This document shows, in pieces, positions 50,601 through 57,005 of a DNA stretch of 57,005 nt. Both the position numbers and the translations under genes were made by a program. This DNA comes from Macrostomum lignano (taxonomy: Eukaryota). The stretch spans positions 1 to 57,005 of the forward strand of contig NIVC01004169.1 in the NCBI GenBank assembly GCA_002269645.1, written 5' to 3'. Below the pieces are notes generated by a model that saw only the letters and a list, made by a program, of their open reading frames with translations, was not told the origin of the DNA and searched no databases. How positions within the stretch are numbered: the stretch's first letter is position 1; each line of letters begins with the position of its first letter.

Positions 50601-53600
50601 ATGTAAAAGTATGCACGCCACAATTGGAAAGATTTGAAGCAAGTACAGATGGCACTGAGATGGCAGCTGATCAAGAAAGCCTAGCACAAGTCTTTGAGAG
50701 CTCTGATTTACGACAACCTGCTGATATAGCTACACATTATCAAAGTACCTCCAAAGTTAGCGATGCTATTAAAGGCAATGAAGCTACTACTACATCGACT
50801 GCACTCCTTGATAGTGGCTTTGTATGCAGAGAAATAAAAGCAACTAGCGATGCAAGTACGACCGCGAAAATGGAAGCCGACACGCGTGTGTTGGTTGATG
50901 CAAGCACCGAGAGTTTTAATCAAGCGCTAGTCAATGCAGAAGTGGATTGTTCAATCAGAGTTACTAGTGTATGTGTATCAACTGATGCTTTTCAAAGTCG
51001 TGATGCATACACGATTGTTTCTAGCAGCGATGCAAGCATGGACTCAGAGCTGGGAATTTCCAAAGCTAAAGTGTTAATGGACAGCCAAAAAAACACTGAT
51101 GCTTCATCAGCACCGAAACATTCTTTTGATCTAGTTGATCATACTGTAGTACATCCGCTTTTTTGCGATGCGTATTCGGCCACAGACAAAGCTATTCTAA
51201 TTGATGCGAGTACCGATACAGAATTGGACTCTGGTTTCCCTGGATTCCCAGTAGCTGCAGAAATGCTTGATGCTAGCGTTCAATGTGCTTTTGCATATAG
51301 TTCAGATAGTGTTCGCGAATTTTTTGGCGCTCAAAACAGTAAGTTCAAAATTGAAGCCGACAATGAGTCTACGGTCCATATAATGCATATAAAGGAGCGA
51401 AAGATGCAACAAAAAAATAGTTCTGATTCCGCTCAAGCAGCTGATCAAGGTGCCTTAGGCGCAGCTAATACATTCATTGTGTCAGATGCTAGTACTCAAA
51501 GTGCAATGAGAAAAACTCGCAGTTGCAAAGAATTGTTTACAAGTGCTTTTAATTCTTCAGGTGCTCAGCCAATATTTCCAAGTTCAAACGTTAGTGATTT
51601 GCAAGAAGGAAGCGGTGCTCCATCAGATGCTAGTTTAGAATTTCGCAAGCCTCTGCTATCCGATTCTTCAGTTGATTGTACAATCATGACCGTTGATGCT
51701 CACACAACCACAGAATACTTTACTGCACCGGATATCCAGTATGCAGAAAATATGACTTCAGGCACTGATCCATCCAGTACTTGTGTTCCTTCTCGGACTG
51801 AAAATACTCGCGGTTTTTTTCACGACCAGGCATCTGTTTCTGATAATAATGACCCGGCAAGAGAAAGCGCTTCCATTGCGGAGAGCAAAGTGGATTTTCC
51901 AACAGTTAAGAGCCTCTCAGAAAGCGGTTTTGTAACATCAGATCCTGCATGTGCCGAGACAGTTTTCAGACAATTTGATGCAGCCTTAATGACACAACCG
52001 AGATTCGGAGCAGCTAATGAATCAGTTCTTGAAGTACCAACATATTTCCAATCCGACGAGGCAAAGAATCATGCTGTCTCTGCACCAAGCTCACTTCAAA
52101 TGGAAGTCATGCATGATTATGTTCAAGGTGACGCAACATTTGAGTTGGACACCACCCCAACAGCCTTTAATGTGACCGCTCGCAATTCTATGTCTGTTGA
52201 AACACAGACAGAAGTTCTAAGCCACCAAACCTTCGTGGAACGATACAACGAAGAGATGAAAGTTGTCCTTCGTGACCTAAATATGCAAGTGTTCACTCTG
52301 TCTAACCAGAATATCAGTCTATCTGATGAGAACAGAGGTCTCAAAGAAGCGCTTGATTTTACACGATCCCTTATTGATGAATTTGAGTTGGAAGTATGTC
52401 GACTCTCTGATGAGCGGCAAGCCTTACGAGCTGAGTCAGAAACTAAGGACGTAAATCTTTCTCAGGCTAGTAATCACATCAAACAGCTCGTTGATCGATT
52501 GACCTGTTTGCAGACCGAAATTGATAAAGTGGGCGAAAAAGTATCAAAGGACTTCAATCAGCAAATTGGACTGCTGCCATCTGTAAACGGAGACTTATTG
52601 GCTAGACTTGATCGCTTATCGTTGGACGTTCTTGAGAAAAAATGTATTCTTGAAACTATTTCGAGGCAACTCAAAAATCGCACATTTTTGAGAGCACCAT
52701 TTAAAAGAGGGCAGCAAAAATCCGAATTCAATATACTAGATGAGCTTGATCACCTTATTTCTAGCCACGACCGAGCGTTGCAATCAGAATCCGAAATCCG
52801 TCGCCAGAATACATACCTTGAGGAGCTTTTGCGCATTAAGGACTCAAAATTAGTACAACTGGTAGAATTAAATCAAAGTCTGGAACAAAATATGGAGATA
52901 CTTCGAGAAAAGTTACAGAGTTTCTTAGTAGATACGAGTTCTCAGCATCATGTTAGTACTACAGCCCTCGCTCAATGTGAGGAATTTTTCGAAGAAAACG
53001 AGTTCTCGCATGATTTAGAGTATACATGCACATCGGAAACTGTTGGCCTTATAGATAGTAGTGGCTATACACTTCACGAAACAAGCGATCTTGGTGTTGC
53101 ACATCAAATAGACGAATACACACAGCGCAAAAGTAGTGCGCTATTTGGACTTCAAACGGAAACCAACGAAATTATCAGGCTCTCGTCCAAAACATTTCGA
53201 ATCAGAAGATGTGAGAGCTTACCCAATATTCTAATTTCAGCAAGCATGCCACCTGTTCTAAGTATAGATCATACGATTCGAAAGATAATTGGACAAAAAG
53301 AGGAAAATTTAGCTCAAAATGCAGGCACAGGACATGCCAGCACCAGCGCAGAACTCGAGTTTGCTGATGCATCCAGTGGACTAAGCGAAGAGAGAGCTGA
53401 TGCCAGCACAGACGTAAAGCTGGAATTTGCAGATGCATCGAGCAGACTAAGCGACGAGAGAGTTGATGCCAGCACAAGCGCAAAACTCGAAGTTGCTGAT
53501 GCGTCGAGTAGTGCAACTAAAGAAAGTATCGACGCAAGCACAAGCGCAAAAGTCAACATTGCTGATGCATCCAGTGGACTAAGCAAAGAGAGAGCTGATG

Positions 53601-56600
53601 CCAGCACCAGCGCAAAGCTCGAATGTGCTGATGCATCGAGCGGACTAAGCAAAGAGAGAGCTGATGCCAGCACCAGCGCAAAGCTCGAATTTGCTGATGC
53701 ATCGAGCGGACTAAGCAAAGAGAGAGCTGATGCCAGCACCAGCGCAAAACTCGAATTTGCTGATGCATCGAGCGGACTAAGCAGAGAGAGAGCTGATGCC
53801 AGCACCAGCCCAAAGGTCGAATTTGCTGATGCATCGAGCGGACTAAGCAAAGAGAGAGCTGATGCCAGCACCAGCGCAAAGCTCGAGTTTGCTGATGCAT
53901 CGAGCGGACTAAGCAAAGAGACAGTTGATGCCAGCACAGACGCAAAACTCGAGTATGCTGATGCATCGAGCGGACTAAGCGAAGAGAGAGTCGATGCCAG
54001 CACCAACGCGAAACTCGAAGTTGCTGATGCTTCGAGTAGTCCAACTAAAGAATGTATCGACCCAAGCACAAGCGCAAAACTCGAAATTGCTGATGCATCC
54101 AGTGAACTAAGTGAGGAGAGAGCTGATGCCAGCACAAGCGCCAATATCGAAGTTGCTGAAGCATCGAGTGGACTAAGTGAAGAGAGAGCTGATGCCAGCA
54201 CAAGCGCAAAGCTCGAATTTGCTGATGCATCCAGTGGACTAAGTGAAGAGAGAGCTGATGCCAGCACAGACGCAAAACTCGAGTATGCTGATGCATCGAG
54301 CGGACTAAGCGAAGAGGGAGTTGATGCCAGCACCAACGCGAAACTCGAAGTTGCTGATGCTTCGAGTCGTCCAACTAAAGAAAGTATCGACGCAAGCACA
54401 AGCGCAAAACTCGAAATTGCTGATGCATCCAGTGGACTAAGCGACGAGAGAGTTGATGCCAGCACAAGCGCTAAACTCGAATTTGCTGATGCATCCAGTG
54501 GACTAAGCAAAGAGAGAGTTGATGCCAGCACAGACGCAAAACTCGAGTATGCTGATGCATCGAGCGGACTAAGCGAAGAGAGAGCTGATGCCAGCACAAG
54601 CGCAAAACTCGAAATTGCTGATGCATCCAGTGGACTAAGCGAAGAGAGAGTTGATGCCAGCACAAGCGCAAAACTCGAAGTTGCTGATGCGTCGAGTAGT
54701 TCAACTAAAGAAAGTATCGACACAAGCGCAAAACTCGAAATTGCTGATGCATCAAGTGGTTTTACTCAAGAAGGTGTTGACGCAAGCACAAGCGCAAAAG
54801 TCAACATTGCTGATGCATCCAGTGGACTAAGCAAAGAGAGAGCTAATGCCAGCACCAGCGCAAAACTCGAATTTGCTGATGCATCGAGTGGACTAAGTGA
54901 AGAGAGAGCTGATGCCAGCACAAGCGCAAAGCTCGAATTTGCTGATGCATCGAGCGGACTAAGCAAAGAGAGAGCTGATGCCAGCACAGACGCAAAACTC
55001 GAGTATGCTGATGCATCGAGCGGACTAAGCGAAGAGAGAGTTGATGCCAGCACAAGCGCAAAACTCGAAGTTGCTGATGCATCCAGTGGACTAAGCGAAG
55101 AGAGAGTTGATGCCAGCACAAGCGCAAAACTCGAAGTTGCTGATGCGTCGAGTAGTGCAACTAAAGAAAGTATCGACGCAAGCACAAGCGCAAAACTCGA
55201 AATTGCTGATGCATCCAGTGGACTAAGCGAAGAGAGAGTTGATGCCAGCACAAGCGCAAAACTCGAATTTGCTGATGCATCCAGTGGACTAAGCAAAGAG
55301 AGAGCTGATGCCAGCACAAGCGCAAAACTCGAATTTGCTGATGCATCGAGCGGACTAAGCAAAGAGAGAGTTGATGCCAGCACAAGCGCAAAACTCGAAG
55401 TTGCTGATGCATCGAGTAGTGCAACTAAAGAAAGTATCGACGCAAGCACAAGCGCAAAAATCAAAATTGCTGATGCATCCAGTGGACTAAGCGAAGAGAG
55501 AGTTGATGCCAGCACAGACGCAAAACTCGAAGTTGCTGATGCGTCCAGTGGACTAAGCAAAGAGAGAGCTGATGCCAGCACAAGCGCAAAACTCGAATTT
55601 GCTGATGCATCCAGTGGTTTTACTCAAGAAGGTGTTGACGCAAGCACAAGCGCAAAAGTCAACATTGCTGATGCATCCAGTGGACTAAGCGAAGAGAGAG
55701 ATGATGCCAGCACAGACGCAAAACTCGAAGTTGCTGATGCGTCCAGTGGACTAAGCAAAGAGAGAGCTGATGCCAGCACAAGCGCAAAACTCGAAGTTGC
55801 TGATGCGTCCAGTGGACTAAGCAAAGAGAGAGCTGATGCCAGCACCAGCGCAAAACTCGAAGTTGCTGATGCGTCGAGTAGTGCAACTAAAGAAAGTATC
55901 GACGCAAGCACAAGCGCAAAACTCGAATTTGCTGATGCATCCAGTGGTTTTACTCAAGAAGGTGTTGACGCAAGCACAAGCGCAAAAGTCAACATTGCTG
56001 ATGCATCCAGTGGACTAAGCAAAGAGAGAGCTGATGCCAGCACAAGCGCAAAACTCGAATTTGCTGATGCATCGAGCGGACTAAGCGAAGAGAGAGTTGA
56101 TGCCAGCACAAGCGCAAAACTCGAATTTGCAGATGCATCGAGCGGATTAAGCGAAAAGAGAGCTGATGCCAGCACAAGCGCTAAAGTCGAAATTGCAGAT
56201 GCATCGAGTGGTCCAACTAAAGAAAGTATCGACGCCAGCACAAGCACAAAGATCGAATTTTCTGATGCTTCCAGTGGATTCACTGACGAGAGAATTGAGA
56301 CAAGCGCGAGCACAAAACTTGAATTGCCTGTTGCCTCGATTGGCCAAACTGAAAAACCAGATTTAACAGATACTCTTGTCACAAGTTCATATATTTTCGC
56401 TAAAGATAAGTTGAAGGCGTCCTAAGCATGAGTGATCTTCATTTGCTACGTCAGGAATCAGAGAATCAACCCTTCGAGTCGTCTACTAAGGCATCTGCTT
56501 CACTCAAGAAACCAGTTATTCATGAGGATTTAACTAATACAGCTAATTGGAGTGGTTCAAAGAGGCAATCTGGTTTAGACTTTTTGTTATCCTCTTTTAT

Positions 56601-57005
56601 CGGCCCTAGATGTAATAGTCGCTGTTTAGACAAGGTGGCTCTAAACACACGATTAATTTCTCAGTCTGAAAGTTGCCTCGCAGTTGTTTCCTTGTCCTGT
56701 GATGCCTTCTGTCAAACGGATTCACCAGTCATGCCAGCTACATCAGCTTCATCAGAAGATTCCCATCAAAGAGTTGTTGAGCTCGGGCAAATTGCCTGGA
56801 ACTCCGTCGCAGCAAACACGTTGAATTTGCACTCCGATGTCGATGAATCTGAAGACGATTTTTATTCTGTTTCATCTGATATTCAACACATTGGACCAGA
56901 TTATTCGTTTTAGAGAGCCCTAACTCTAAATTTGAATTTCGCCAACTTCAAGACTTGTATGAAAATGCGCTCAAAGAGAAAGAGACAATGCACAAGAAGC
57001 TTGAA
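47678..57005 (+). CDS. Giant uncharacterised coiled-coil/repeat protein. Exons 47678-47743, 47918-48019, 48125-48190, 48376-48543, 48629-56425 (2732 aa). Probably continues past the window via two 1-nt deletions (~56421, ~56911).
   Basis: 7.8-kb open frame. Four upstream phase-0 exons with GT-AG boundaries (three GTGAG donors, one weak GTTCTC). Coiled coils at the N-terminus and at ~52230-52930. No signal peptide or TM segment seen. Confidence 0.85.
53335..56330 (+). repeat. Coding 66-bp (22-aa, 2 x 11-aa) tandem repeat ERADASTSAKLEFADASSGLSK, ~45 units
   Basis: In frame in the giant ORF. It produces the antisense shadow ORFs 53202-56382. Confidence 0.97.

Noticed and set aside
53202-56382. 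Long antisense ORFs (e.g. 53314-54723, 469 aa)
   Set aside because: Shadows of the 66-bp coding repeat.

Overview
Eukaryotic (animal) genomic DNA. GC-rich, CpG-rich exons alternate with AT-rich, CpG-depleted tracts, and there are many 15-66 bp minisatellites. This style, plus a TTAGGG repeat, suggests a macrostomid flatworm such as Macrostomum (inference only). Genes rebuilt by hand with phase-compatible GT-AG introns: a two-pore K+ channel (5' part, -), Rieske UQCRFS1 (2 exons, -), a shugoshin-like gene (3 exons, -), 26S subunit PSMC2/Rpt1 (3 exons, -), an orphan membrane-anchored 3-exon gene with an in-frame TAG (+), a 150-aa disordered ORF (+), a labial/Hox1 gene (2 exons, -), and a giant >2700-aa coiled-coil protein with dozens of DAST-type motifs (5 exons, +, probably running off the window). 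Most notable points: (1) minisatellites that appear to have nucleated on splice junctions and amplified them, with ~22 copies of the PSMC2 exon-2 donor and ~30 acceptor-like motifs just before the shugoshin start; (2) a possible SL-trans-spliced operon PSMC2-Sgo-UQCRFS1; (3) the giant DAST-repeat protein, a candidate multivalent LC8 scaffold; (4) strong C-to-T decay of old repeats. The single-base frameshifts sit within ~800 bp of the two window ends and are probably assembly errors. No prokaryotic features, CRISPR arrays or RNA genes were recognised. All counts are by eye.
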